From the human T2T-CHM13v2.0 reference genome, Homo sapiens, in the NCBI RefSeq assembly GCF_009914755.1, contig NC_060948.1: a DNA stretch of 64,000 nt; one strand, given 5' to 3'. The notes under the pieces are model-generated. The model saw only the letters and a program-made list of their open reading frames with translations. It had not been told where the DNA came from and ran no database searches. Position 1 is the stretch's first letter. Every line of letters begins with the position of its first letter. Made by a program: the position numbers and the translations under genes. This document shows, piece by piece, positions 25,379 to 40,309 of the stretch.

Positions 25379-28300
25379 ACACATAATAAGTTTCACAGGT
25401 GACTCAGTATTTGAATATGCAGCATTCAAAACATCACAATTTAATCTTGACATTGTTCTTCCATCATAACGCAGGTTGAGTTGTTTTTTTCCCTGCCCAT
25501 TTTTCTATGTGCCCAGACATATTGTAGAAAATAAAGTTGCTGAATGACTAAGTGAATGAGTTGTCTTTTAAAAAGGCACATGCTCATAGAAGAGTTACAT
25601 TGTTACTAATAGCATAATATAAAAGAATATATCAAATAATGTTTAAACTCTCTGAAAATATGGAGTTCATTAGGAAGGAACTGGTTAAAGAGTAAATTAG
25701 ATTAAGACTTATGTGCTTGAAGTTCTATATGAAAACAAGAAAAAAAATAAGGTCATCCACTGCTACACTCAACTTATGAGTGATTTGTCATGCTTTCCAG
25801 GACTAAGGAGATAAGATCAATTCTTTGTAAAGTATCATAAATCCTACTAAAAACTCTTGGAAAAATATTGGTGTAAACTCCTCTAAGTAGAAAAGATAAG
25901 AATAAATTTGAGATGATTAACTTTCTATCAAAACATTTTTCTTCCATTCTATAGACTAGTGTTTTGTTTATATTTGTCTTAGTAATTAAATAATTATAGA
26001 TAGTTTCAGAATAACTTGCTGGTATCTTAACTTAATTGATCTTGATTAAGTAATCATGTTTATTTTAAGATATTAATTGCTATGTCAAGTAACAGTCAAA
26101 CATAATTATCTTTGCTAGGTTTTAAAATTTGTTTCTAACATTTAATATTTGAGAAATTATGAGTCATATAATTAAATTTTGTTTAAAATTTAAGCTATGG
26201 GAACACTTTTTACATTTAATAATTATAATTTAAAATCCTTGCCAAAATTTCCATTGGGCATCTAGTTGATTTTACTTGTCATTGATTCAAAATAACAAGC
26301 AGCCACTTAGTAGATGTGTGGGAGGACATTTGGGTATTTTGTAATTAACTCAAAGGCTTTTGTATGAAAAAAGTGATGTCAAAAAAATCTGAAAATTATG
26401 TTCATGTGTATTGAGATGAGTGCATTGGGAAATTTATGAAAACAGAATCATTTGCAGGATTAAGAAAAAAGAATAAATAAAATGCTACATAATATGATCT
26501 ACATTTCTGAATGTTTATGACTAATCAAATATTGATGCTTGTTAAAAAGCCTTTAAAAAAATACAAATAGAGCAAAGGAAGAGCAAGATTGTGAAATATA
26601 AGCCTACGCTGTTTATCCCCCAAAAGGAATACCAAATTTTAACAAGTATCTTTACACACACACACACACACACCACTGTCATAAGAACCAAAATTTAAGT
26701 GAGCAATCATAGTACATGGTTTTAATATCATATCATTAAAAGAGGCACTGAGGAGGGGAGAAGAGACAGTCTTGAATTACTGATGCCACCTCTCCTTCAT
26801 CTAATAGCAGAGGTCTTGTGGTGCAGAAAGAGAAACTGTGCACTTTAGGGAGGAATATTGCAGTGACTGGGGACTTTACATTGAACTTAGTCCTGCCCTG
26901 TCATAGTGGAGAATGAAGCTGTGCTGGGCTTAGCCATCCCTTGCACATTGAGGGAGCATTTGGACCAGACCTAGCCAGAGGGGTGTTCTGGTGGTCAGAA
27001 CTTGAGTTTCTCAGCAAGCCTTGCCATCACAAACCGAATTGCTCGGGGTTTCTAGGTAAACATGAAAGGCAATGTGAGACACGAGGAATGCAATTGCTAG
27101 GCAACTCCTAGTGCTAGGCTGGGCTTAGAGTCAGTGAATTAGAGTGGCATGTGACCTAGGCAGACACCAGCTGGGGCAGCTAAGGGAGTCCTTGTGCCAC
27201 CCCTCTCCCAAGCCCAGACAGTGCAGCTCGCAACAATAAAGTGACTCCTTCCTTCTTCTTGAGGCAAGGAAAGCAAAGAGTAAAAGGGACTTTTATTATG
27301 CATTTTGGATACCAGCTCAGCCACAGTAGGATAGGGCAATGGGCAGAATTGTGAGTCCCCCTTTCTAGGCTCTATCTCACAGATGACTTATCTAGATACA
27401 ACCAGGGCTGGAAGCAAACCCATGGCCTTGAAGGGAAGGAACCAGTTCTGGCAGTTAGTCATAAACTGCTGACTAAAGAAACCTTGGGCTCTGAATAACC
27501 AGCAGTGACTCATGTAGTGTTCCATGGGTGGTGGGTTCTGAGATACGCTGGCTTCGGGTGTGACCCAGCACATTTCCAGCTGTGCTGGCTACATTGAAAG
27601 ACTCCAACTGTTTGAGAAAAGCAAAAGGAAAAGTTAAAGAAACATTGTTTTCTACCAGCTCATCCACAGCAGTTGGAGCAACAAGCAGGCCCTTGCTTTC
27701 CTTGTGTACAGACCTAGGTTCTTGGACATCATTTATGGACCTGCCCTAGGCCAAAGGGAAGACCACTGCCCTGAAGACTGAGTGCTAGACCTGACAGCAG
27801 TCACCACAAGCTGACTTGGTCTTTAAGTGAACATCAGTGGTGATCTGGCTGAACACCCATGAACTGGCAGTGGTTATGGCCACAGGGAGAAACTCCTCTG
27901 CCTTTGTAAAGGGGATGGAAGATGTAGAAGGACTTTGTTTTCTTGTGTGAGTGCCAGCTTAGCCACAATGGAAGAGAACATCAGGTAAACTGGTGAAACT
28001 TTTGATGCCAAGTCCTGGCTCCTAGACATCACTGGACATCTCCAAGTCCTGGGGAAATCCATCACCCTTAAGAAAAGCATCTTGGGCAAGACCCAGTGCT
28101 GTGCTGGCTTCAGATCTGGTGCAGCACAGTCTCAGTGATAGTGGCCATGGAGGTGCTTGCATCACAACATCCCCGGCCTCACATGGCTCAACACAGAAAG
28201 AGAGACTCTGTTTATTTGGGAGAAAGTAAGGGAAGACAATATGAGTCTCTTCCTGGTAATCTAGAGAATTCTTTTGGATCTTATTTAAGACTACCAAGGC

Positions 28301-29145
28301 AGTAGCTCTAGGAGTCCACAAAAACCACAGTGTTAGTGGGCTTGAAGCCCAAATCCTTTCAAATACCTGGATAGCCTTACCAAGAAGGACAATCCCAGGC
28401 TGTGAAAACTACAATAAATACCTGACTATTCAAAGCTCAGACATTAATGAACTTGTACGAGCATCAACACCACCCAAGAAAGTTTGCCCTCACCAAATGA
28501 ACTAAATAAGGCACCGGGGACCAATCCTAGAAAAATAGAGATATATGACTTTTTAGATAGAGAATTCAAAATAGCTGTGTTAAGGAATCTCAAAGAAATT
28601 CAAGATAACACAGAGAAGTTATTCAAAATTCTATCCAATAAATTTAACAAAGAGATTAAAATAATTAAAAGGAATCAACCAGAAATTCTGGAGCTGAAAA
28701 ATTCAATTGACATACTGAAGAATGCATCCATCTTTGAATCACAGAATGCATCAAGCAGAAGAAAGAATTAGTGAGCTTGAAGAAAGGCTATAAAAAATAC
28801 AAAGTCAGATGGGACAAAAATAATTAAAAAAAACAAAGAAGTATCACTACATTATCTAGATAAATAGCCTCAAAAGCACTAATCTAAGAGTTATTGGCCT
28901 TAAAGGGGAGGTAGGGAAAGAGGTATAGGCAGAAAGTTTTCTCAAAGGGATAATATCAGAGAACTCCCTAAACCTATCAAAAGATATCAGCATTCAAGTA
29001 TAAGAAGGTTACAGAGCACCAGGCAGATTTAACCCAAAGAAGACTATGTCTAGGCATTTAATAACCACACTCCCAAAGGTCATTGATAAGGAAAGAATCC
29101 TAAAAGCAGCAAGAGAAAAGAAAAAACTAACATAAAATAGAGCTC

Positions 29146-30251
29146 TGTATTAGTTTATTCTTGCATTGCTATAAAGAAATACCAGAGATTGAGTAATTTA
29201 TAAAGAGAAGAGTTTTAACTGGCTCACAGTCATGCAGGTTGTACAGAAAGCATGATACTACTATATGCTCAGGTTCTGGGGAGACATCAGGAAACTTACC
29301 ATCATAGCAAAAGGCAAAGGGGGAACAAATACCTCACATGGCAAAAGCAGGAGCAAGAGAGTGAGTTTAGAGGTGCTACACACTTTTAAACAACCAGATC
29401 TCAGGAGAACTCACTCTTTATTGTGAGGACAGTACTGAGGGAATGATGCCAAACCATTCATAAGAAATCAGCTTCCGTGATCCAATCACCTTCCACCAGG
29501 CCCCACCCCCAATATTGTGGATTACATTTTAATATGAGGTGTGGGCAGGGACAACTATATTATTCTGAAGCTGGCCTCTCCCAAATCTCATCTTCTTCTA
29601 ACATTTCAAAATGCAATCACGCCTTTCCAATAATCCCACAAAGTCTTAATTCATTTCAGTGTTAACTCAAAAGTTCAAAGTCCAAAGTCTCATCTGCTTG
29701 AATTTCTCTCCTGAAAAAGCTTTTTTTTTTCTCTGTGATATGGCCAGGCTGAAAAATTTTCAAACTTTTACATTATGCTTCCCTTTTAAATATAAGTTTC
29801 AGCTTTAAGTCATTTATTTACTCCCACATATGAACACAGGCTATTAGAAGCAGCCAGGTCAAATCTTGAATGCTTTGCTGCTGAGAAATTTCTTCCACCA
29901 GATGCCCTAAATCATCACTCTCAAGTTCAAAGTTTCACAGATCCCCAAGCCAGGGGCACAATGCAACCAATTTTTTTGCTAAGTCATAACAAAAGTGACC
30001 TTGGCTCCATTTCCCAATAAGTTTCTCATTTCCATCTGAGATCTCCTCAACCTGGACTTCATTGTTTCTATGACTATCAGCATTGTGGTCACAACAATTT
30101 AACCAGTCACTAAAAAGTTTCAAACATTCCCTCATCTTCCTGTCTTCTTCTGAACCCTCCACACTCTTCCAGTTTCTGTCTGCTACCCAATTCCAAAGTT
30201 GTTTCCAGATTTCAGGTATCTTTAGAAAAATTCCCAACTCCTTGGTACCGT

Positions 30252-30300
<49 letters not shown>

Positions 30301-30699
30301 TGAAATAGCTGACACTGGGAAATTTATAAAGTAAAAAGGTTTAATTGTCTCACTGTTATACAGGCTGCACAGAAAGCATGATGCTGGCATATGCTCAGCA
30401 TCTGGGAAGGCCTCAGAAAACTTACAATCATGGTCAAAGGCAATGGGGGAGCAATTATGTCACATGGCAAAAGCATGAGCAAGAGAGTGAGGAGAGAGGT
30501 GCAACACACTTTTAAATGGCTAGATCTCAGAAGTACTCACTCTCTATCAGGGGGATGGCACCAAGAAGGATGGTGTTAATCCTTTTATGAGAAATCTTCC
30601 CCCATGGTTCAATCACCTCCCTCCCTGGCCCCATCTCCAATATATGAGATTACATTTCAATGTAAGATTTGGGCCAGGAAGCACATTCAAATTATATCA
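29146..30699 (-). mobile_element. MST (MSTA/B) MaLR with two LTRs and shortened internal region
   Basis: LTRs at about 29146-29562 and 30300-30699; perfect TSD AGCTC at 29141 and 30700 inside L1 ORF1. Confidence 0.94.
30253..30299. repeat. Pure (T)47 homopolymer
   Basis: Uninterrupted T run flanked by GTG on both sides. Confidence 0.95.
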
Positions 30700-33600
30700 A
30701 GCTCCAACAGGTCTGGCAGCAGACTTTTTCTGGAAACCTTACAGGCCAGAAAAGAGTGACATCACATATTTAAAGTACTGAAGGAAAAAAACTTTTACTT
30801 TCAAATAGTATATCTAGTGAAAATATACTTCAGGCATGAAGAAGAAATAAAGACATTCCCAGACAAACAAAAGCTGAGAGATTTCATCAACACCAAACCT
30901 ATCCTACATGAAATGCTGAAAGGTGTTCTTCAGTTTGAAAGAAAAATATATTAATGTGCTAAAAGAAACCATCTTAAGATAAAAAACTCACTGGTAATAG
31001 TAAGCACACAGAAAAACAGAATAGTACAACACTGTAATGGTGGTGTGTAAACTGCTCTTAAGTAGAAAGACTAAATAACAAACCAATAAAAAATAATGAT
31101 GAAAACGAGGAAACTACTAGAACTGATAAACAAATTCAGTACAGTTGCAGGATACAAAGTCAGCATACAAAAATCAATAGCATTTCTATATGTCACCAGG
31201 AGACAATCTGAAAAAGAAATAAAATAATACTCCCATCTACAATAGCCACAAGTAAAATTAAATATCTAGGAATTGGCAAAAAAAGTGAAAAGTCTCCACA
31301 ATAAACTCATAAAATTCTGATAAAAGTAACTGAAGAGGACACCAAAAAATGGAAATATATTTCATGTTCATGGATTGGAAGAATCAATATTCTCAAAATG
31401 TCCATACTACCCAAAGTAATCTACAGATTCAATGCAATCCCTATTCAACTATCAGTCACGCTTTTTCACAGAAATAGAAGAAAACAATCCTAAAATGTAT
31501 ATGGTTTATCAAAAGACCTAAATAGTCTAAGCTATTCTGAGCCAAAAGGAAAAAAATGGAGGAATCACTTCACCTTGCTTCAAATTATACTACAGAACTA
31601 TAGTAACCAAAACAGTATGTACTTGTACAAAAACAGACACATAGACCAAGGGAACAGAATAGAGAACTCAGAAATAAATTCACACACCTACAGTGTACTA
31701 GTTTTCAACAAAAGTGCCAAGAATATACACTGAGGAAAAGCCACTCTCTTCAAAAAATTGTGCTAGGAAAACTTAATTCAGAGATGCTGAAGAATAAAAC
31801 TAGACCCCTATCTCTAACCACATATAAAAATCAAATTATAATGGATTACATACTTTAAGAACTCAAACTATAAAATTACTAGGAGAAAATATTGAAGAAA
31901 CTCTCCAAGACATTGATCTGTGCAGAAATTTCTTAAGTAATACCTCACAAGCACAGGCAACCAAAGCAAAAATGGACCAATGGGATTTGGTCATCAAATT
32001 AAAACTTCTGCACAGCAAAGGATACAATAAACAAAGGGAAGAGACAACCTGCAGAGTGTGAGAAAATATTTGCAAACTACCCATTTGACAAGGGATTAAT
32101 AACCAGAATACATAAGGAGCTCAAACAACTCTATACAAAGAAAATCTTATAATCTGATAAAATAAGAACAGAAGATCTGAATAGACATTTCTCAAAAGAA
32201 TACACACAAATGACAAACAGGCATATGAAAAGGTGCTTCACATCACTGATTATCAGAGAAACACAAATTAGAATTATAATAAGATATTATCTCATCCCAG
32301 TTAAAGTAATTTTTTTAAATGTCAGGCAATGACAAATTCTGGTGAGTATGTGGAGAAAAGGGAAACCTCTTTCATTGTTGGTTGGAATGTAAATTAGTAC
32401 AACCACAATAGAGAGTGCTTTGGAGGTTCCTCAAAAATAAAAAAAAAAAGAAAGAAACAAAAGCTATTATATTATCCAGCAATTCTACTGCTGGGTACAC
32501 ACCCAAAAGAATGAAAACTAGTATATCTAATAGATATTGGCTCTCCCATGTTTGTTACAGAACTGTTTACAATAGCCAATATTTGGAGACAACCCAAGGG
32601 TCTTTCAACTGATAAATGCATAAAGAAAATGTGATACATATACACAATGATGTACTATTCAGCCATATTAAAGAATGAGATCCAATCATTTGCAACAACA
32701 TAGATGGAGCTGGAGGTCATTATGTTAAGTAAAATAAGCCAGGCACAGAAACACAAATATTGCACATTCTCATTTATTCGTGCAATCTAAAAGTCAAAAC
32801 AATTAAGTTTATAGAGATAGAGAGTAAAAGGATAGTTACCAGTAGCTGGAAAGGGTAGTGGGGTTTGGGGGGAATGCTGGGATGGTTAAGAGAAACCAAA
32901 AACAATTAGAAAAAATGAATAAGACCTACTATTTGATAGAACAACAGAGGACTACAGTCAATAATAATTTAATTGTACATTTTATAGTAACTGAAATAGT
33001 ATAATTGGATTGTTTGTAATACAAAGGATAAATGTCTGAGTAGATAGATACCCAACATTCCATGGTATGACTATTACACATTGCATGCCTGTACCATAAT
33101 GTCTGATGTACCTCATAAATATGTACACCTGCTATTTACCTACAAAAATTAAAAATTTTGAACAATATGCTTAGTTCATATTAACCAAGGGTGGATATAA
33201 ATTTTAGATATACTATAAATTTTTTGAAATGTTAATCTAGTGAGTGTGACTTTGTATACAAAATCTAGATAGATATGATGTCAACAGGATTTCACAGGAA
33301 AAGTTCAATTAAAAAAAAGAAGTTGGCTTTTTGTGGTGGTTGCTGTTTTGGTTTGAGCATTACCAAGTAGTCGGCTCTATGAAATCCAAACGAATCCACC
33401 AAGTCATATCAATATCACAAATTTATTTAAGCTCTGGTAGACACAACAGAGTAGAGCATGGACTTATTAACTATAATTTTATATTATTTAAACATTAGAT
33501 GATCAAGTGAAATACATTTGAGAATGCAACAGCCAACTATCAAATCAAAACATGATGAATAAGTTTGTTCTATTAATATTTTATTGAAAATAGTGAGTTA

Positions 33601-34159
33601 TCTTAACCTCTTTTAGATTTGTAATTAATGCAGAAAGGAAAGGGAAAATATAATTACAAATAAATGTTTAGTTATTTAAGCAAACATGTACATACACATC
33701 TGTCTAAGCATATTTAGATGAACTAAATCCAGATTTAGAAATACAGCCTTTGAAGAACCACCTGAATAAATGTTTTTCTACACCTTAAAATATACTTTAT
33801 TACCCAGAGGAATATGATGAAACTAATGCTTAATGAAACTACTTACTCCCTCCAAAATGTGCCTACATTTCAATTGTATAAAAATGCAAAAAGCCTATTT
33901 TCACTTTATTGTTACATATTTTAAAAGTACTAAGTATTTGAAGGGCACTGAGCATTTAACTTTAACATCTCCCTTTTTGCCAGTTAGAAAAGTGATATGA
34001 ACTTTTTATTGAGTTGTTGCACCCCACTGATTTCCTGAAATACTCAAAATGTCATGTATTTTGTAAATTTTAATATTTTGTTAAACGACTAGAATTACTC
34101 TAAAATATCCTAAAGCAACACTTGGAAATCATCCTTCACCAGAGATAAGAAGTGTTCAT

Positions 34160-35226
34160 GAGTTCTCTATTCTGTTCCATTGGTCTATGTGTCTGTTCTA
34201 GTACCAGTACCATGCTGTTTTGGTTACCGTAGCCTTGTAGTATAGTTTGAAGTCAGATAGCATGATGCCTCCAGCTTTGTTCTTTTTGCTTAGGATTTTC
34301 TGGTCTATACAGGCTCCTTTTTAGTTCCATATGAATTTTAAGATAGTTTTATTTTTAATTCTGTGAAGAATGTCAATGGTACTTTAATAGGAATAAGCAT
34401 TGAACGAATAAATTATTTGGGGCAGTACGGCCATTTTCACAATATTGATACTTCCTATCCATGAGCAAGGGATGTTTTTTCATTTGTTTGTGTCCTCCCT
34501 GATTTCCTTGAGCAGTGGTTTGTAGTTCTCTTTCAAGAAGTCCTTCCTTCCTTTGTTAGCTGTATTCCTAGGTATTTTTCTCTTTGTAGCAATTGTGAAT
34601 AGGAAATCATTCATGATTTGGCTCTTTGCTTGCCTGTTGTTGGTGTATTGGAATGCTAGCGACTTTTGTACATTGATTTTGTATCCTGAGACTGCTGAAG
34701 TTGCTTAGCAGCTTAAGAAGCTTTTGGGCTGAGATCATGGGGTTTTCTAGATACAGGATCATGTCATCTGCAAACAAAAACAATTTGACTTTCTCTCTTC
34801 CTATTTGAATACGCTACATTTTCTTCTCCTGCCAGATTGCCCTGGCCAGAACCTCCAATACTATATTGAATAGGAGTAGTGAGAGAGGACAGCCTTGTCT
34901 TGTGCTGGTTTTCATGGGGAATGCTTCCAGCTTTTGCCCATTCAGTATTATATTGGCTGTTGGTTTGTTCTCACTTATACATGGGAGCTGAATGATGAGA
35001 ACACATGGGCACATGGGTGGGAACAACACACACTGGGGCCTGCTGGAGGAGGAGGGTGGTGGGAGGGAGAGCATCAGGAAAAATAGCTAATGGATGCTGG
35101 GCTTCATACCTAGATGATGGGATGATCCATGGGACAAACCACCATGGCACACGTTTACATATGTAGCAAACCTGCACATCCTGTACATGTACCCCTGAAC
35201 TTAAAATAAAAGTTGAAGAAAAAAAA
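34160..35226 (+). mobile_element. L1PA (about PA11-14) 5'-inverted insertion: antisense ORF2 34160-34967 plus sense 3'UTR
   Basis: Minus peptide [25 protein letters not shown]; sense 3'UTR GAGAGCATCAGGAAAAATAGCTAATGGATGCTGGGCTT with A tail. Confidence 0.88.
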
Positions 35227-35341
35227 GATCATACAAAAAGCCCTGGCTGACTTGAGTACTAGTTTGTGCACAGAGATGATGGTATTTCAGAGCAAATGTA
35301 CTGAAATCTTCCATCCTCAATACACTACAAAAATTTTCATA

Positions 35342-35643
<302 letters not shown>

Positions 35644-36327
35644 TCATAGTAGTCATAGTTTTTATATCACTTTAGAGTCAATATTCAGAATAATTAGAAA
35701 CTTAACAATAAAGCAAATTTCTCTACCACACACAATAAAAGAAATATCCATGAGGAATAATAGAATAAACCGTAAGTCAATTCCAGAAAAAGCTCTGCCT
35801 TTTTGAGTAATATATTGATACTTAAGTATCACTAAAACTGTTCGAAGGCTATATTTAAATATCCAGAATCTTTAAATACTATTTATTCACTGCCAGCATC
35901 ACTTTATTATGAATTCTAGAGGTAGTGTACAACCTGAAGTATCACAATTGTGCAAAAAAAATTATAATAAAACTGAAAAGGAGTCAATAACGAAACATTC
36001 AAAGAAACCCAGCCAGTTACAGGACAGGCTATTTTGTACGTCTTTAAAAATACGCTACTGCATTGTTATCAATTTCTAAATTCCCAGTCTGAAGCAATGT
36101 AAAATTTACGTAGTTGTTTATCATTTTAAATGTTTACATAATAGAAATATTTTTAAAGTTCATTTCTCTCTCATGTTCAAAGATAATGGAACCTTTCCCT
36201 CAACTTTGCTCGGGAATCTTCACTAATTAAAATTTATATTTCTGGTTCATTATTGTTATTTAAATTTAAAGGAAAGAGTTGGTAAATTGGTACATATTTA
36301 TAATATAATTTATTCATTAATCATTGG

Positions 36328-36575
36328 AGAGGTATTGTGCTAAGAGTGAAAGAGTACAAAATTTTGAGCCATGGGCAATGACTTAAATCCTGTTTCTTTT
36401 GCTTAATTAGCTCTTTGGCCTTAGAAATTTATTTAACCTCCTGATTTTCAGTTTCTTCATTAAATACTTGATGAGTATTTGAATTAAAATAACAATACTT
36501 TATAGGGTTGCTGTTATAATTAAATAAAACATTGCAAGGCATGCAGCAGACACTGTATTTGACATTTATGTGGCT
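36328..36575 (+). mobile_element. MIR
   Basis: AAATCCTG...TTATTTAACCTCCTGATTTTCAGTTTCTTCAT...ATAGGGTTGCTG follows the MIR consensus order. Confidence 0.72.
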
Positions 36576-36624
36576 TTTAAAAAAATGTCATTAATCCTTT
36601 ATTAAGGGCCACCTCAACACACTT

Positions 36625-36900
36625 GTGATTTATTTTGTTCATGGGTTAATGCACACTCAGATAAAATTGTAGAAAATACTAAACATATAGAAAACATTAA
36701 AAATAAAAATCACGCAGGTATAATCATTGCTAAAATGGTGGTGTGATACAGTGATTTATTACAATCATTTTATTACTTGATGTCTTCCTTTTTTTAACTT
36801 AACATTATACCATGAGCTCTTCCAGTGTCATTAACTATTTTTTGATATTTTGATTTTTAATGGTATATTCCACTGTATGCCTTCCATTGTATTTTGATTT
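36625..36900 (-). mobile_element. Possible ancient L1ME fragment
   Basis: TTTTAACTTAACATTATACCATGAGC...AATGGTATATTCCACTGTATG resembles antisense L1ME; weak. Confidence 0.4.
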
Positions 36901-36937
36901 CTTTGAGTAAATTAACATTTGGAATTATGTGTTCATT

Positions 36938-37285
<348 letters not shown>

Positions 37286-38809
37286 CTATTTTTACATGTT
37301 TCACATCAGTTTAACTGTGGTGGTAATCATTTAAATTTTGCAGGAGCTATAGTACATCAATGAACTTACATTCATATACTCTGTTGTTTTTACATGATAG
37401 AGTTTAAGTTCTACCATATGCAATAAAACATTTTGTCTACACAAGTGTACAGTTATATTTTTAATGTGCGTGTCTTGCTAGAACACATTTAATAGTAATC
37501 GTTGCCATATTTTGAAACTATATTAATCCATATTTTATGAAATACTGTTATAGTTTATCAAGAGAAAAATGATGTTTTGTTTAACATAAATTACTTGATC
37601 ATATTAGTCTATTGAGCAACAGCTTGTAACCCCCGTGAATCAACGGAATTTCTAAACAGCTAAATGAGTCACTGTTACTGAGGTTGCTCCTTTGAGGTGC
37701 CATTACAAAACTGTAACTCTTCACTGTATGCAAAAGTAATTAGGTGATCTTACTGATCATTATAGCATTAGGGTAGGAGGGAGAGAGAAGATAATTTTTT
37801 AAATGTCATGAAATTTAATACTGGGAAACCTGCATATTTTAGCTTTATTTCAGCTCAATTTTCTAACTATGCCTACCCCAGGGTACTCCAGCATAATATT
37901 TTTACCTTCCAACTCTCAAACAGCTCAGTTGGTGAGAAGATTGTTAATAACCATAATGAGTTATTCTCTGTCATAATCTAAATCTATCTTCTCAAGTCCA
38001 ATTATTTTTGATGAATATATTCTGCTAACTTGAGCTTGAATGGAAGCACTGTTCTATAATGAATTAACTATAGACATAGAAACGGTATTATGGGGAATGC
38101 ATATTTAGAACATAAATAAGAAGAGAGAAAAAAGAATAAACACATAGATATGATTCATTTGAAGGCCTCTTTTTAAAAAATTGACATTTTTAAATTGAAT
38201 TGTAAAGATAATAAAAAATATCTTTGATGAGTTTTTATAATTTATAGAAATTACCTTACATTGTTTTCAAATTGATGACAGAGCTAACTGAAAGGTTTTT
38301 GTAAAACCAGAATTAACCTTTACTTTTTATTCCTGGGCACAATATTGAATGAAGCACAGAATGAGTGTTTTAAATTAGCTCTCATTTGTTTTGATGACTG
38401 TTTTTTTCTGGGAAGAGCTTGATCACATGCTTACAATTTCCATTTATGTATTATAAGGAGCAATGTACGGCTGCTCTGTTTACTTTGTGACTTTGGCCAG
38501 GATACACAAACCTAATTACTATTTTTCATTAAGTTTTTAATTGCTATTAAATTAGTATTTTAGTAAAATAAAATTTAATTTATAAATTTAAGGTAAATAC
38601 TTTAAAATAAAATAATATTTAGTAATTAAATATCGAATTAGTATTAAGGGAGATGAATTGGTGAAAAAATATGAAGTTGATATTTGATGATATAATTAGA
38701 TGTAATAAAAGTGTGTGGAGTTTGTTGGAGCATAACTCAAAATTGTATGCAAAGAAAGCAGTCTGCGTTCTTTATTAACTATTTGGCATAATAAATATTG
38801 CAGGCTTAC

Positions 38810-38860
38810 TTGAAGTCCCAGATACAAGAATTGCCGTAATGAGTCAGAATGATGTCGATT
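38810..38860 (-). other. Candidate 51-nt exon
   Basis: Minus strand CACTTTTCTTTTAG|AATCG...TTCAA|GTAAGC; length divisible by 3; two open frames. Confidence 0.35.
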
Positions 38861-39772
38861 CTAAAAGAAAAGTGGTGCTGTATATGATCCAGTAATTTTA
38901 TTTGATTTAGGCTAGGTTTAATAGGAATCCCTACTGAGAACTTGCTTATATTTATTGCAAGCTTCAACAGTTATTCACCACTATCACCATTCCTCAACTT
39001 TCCACCCTACTTCCTATGTTCTCAGCCTTTCTCTGTCACTAGGCTCAGTAGGAAGGAAGGATAAATGGCAAATGTTGGATGGGACCAATATTTAATAGGG
39101 TTGGTTAAATAGAATATTTGAAAATCATAATATTAAACAAATGAACAATGAAACAATAAAATTTTCAAACTGTGTTTGATATGTGGAAAAAATAACTAAA
39201 TTAGGCCTTCAAATTAAACTTGATTATATATGTGTAGATAAAATGTAGAATGAATTGTAAATAACGTTCTGAAATGTGACTTAAAATGTCCTCTTTAACA
39301 TTCTAATGCTGATTACATTAATTGTAATGTAGATTACAGTCACTGTGTGCTTTCATTAGAAATAAAGCTTAAAAACTAAGTCATGTCACTATGAAACTTC
39401 TTATTGCAAATTATAAATCAGAAGTTTCTCTGCCATAGTCATTGATTTTATTAGAGTTGAGAGCAGTTCTTAGTAGGCACGTCTTATGTAATGGATGTGA
39501 GCAGCGGAAAACTAGTAAATACATCTGAGAATTGCCCAGTTGTGGCTTATATTCTAAAGAGCAGGAAGAAAAGTAATAAACTGCTTGACTGTCTGACTGC
39601 TGATGACCAACTGCAAGACTGGTTGAATTTTATGAATTTATGTCTAAAATATAGGAGTACATTTTTTCAGCAGCCAAAATGTTATTACTATTTTATTTGT
39701 GTAGTATCTTAACTATCCTTTAATCTCATCAAATAGTGAAAAGTAAATTAGAAAAGTGAAAGGCAATTTTTA

Positions 39773-40138
<366 letters not shown>

Positions 40139-40309
40139 TTAATTCATATTATTTTTCAGAAAAGATCTGAATGCAAGCTGTGATGAAATTCTGAAAAATT
40201 TTATTCTAACTTGAAACCAAAAATCATTCTACCTTCTGAATATGAATTGAATGCTTTTGAATGGGGAATGTACCACAATGCATGTTGTCCCTACTATCCC
40301 ACAAGAGGA

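Larger units (their letters stand above)
26577..33156 (+). mobile_element. L1MA2/3 with 5'UTR, ORF1, deleted ORF2 5' half and 3'UTR; interrupted by MST
   Basis: 5' GGAAGAGCAAGATTGTGAAATATAAGCC; ORF1 peptide DREFKIAVLRNLKEIQDNTEK; jump to RT region near 31106; MA2/3-type 3'UTR ending ACCTACAAAAATTAAAAAT; (CA)n at 26654. Confidence 0.93.
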
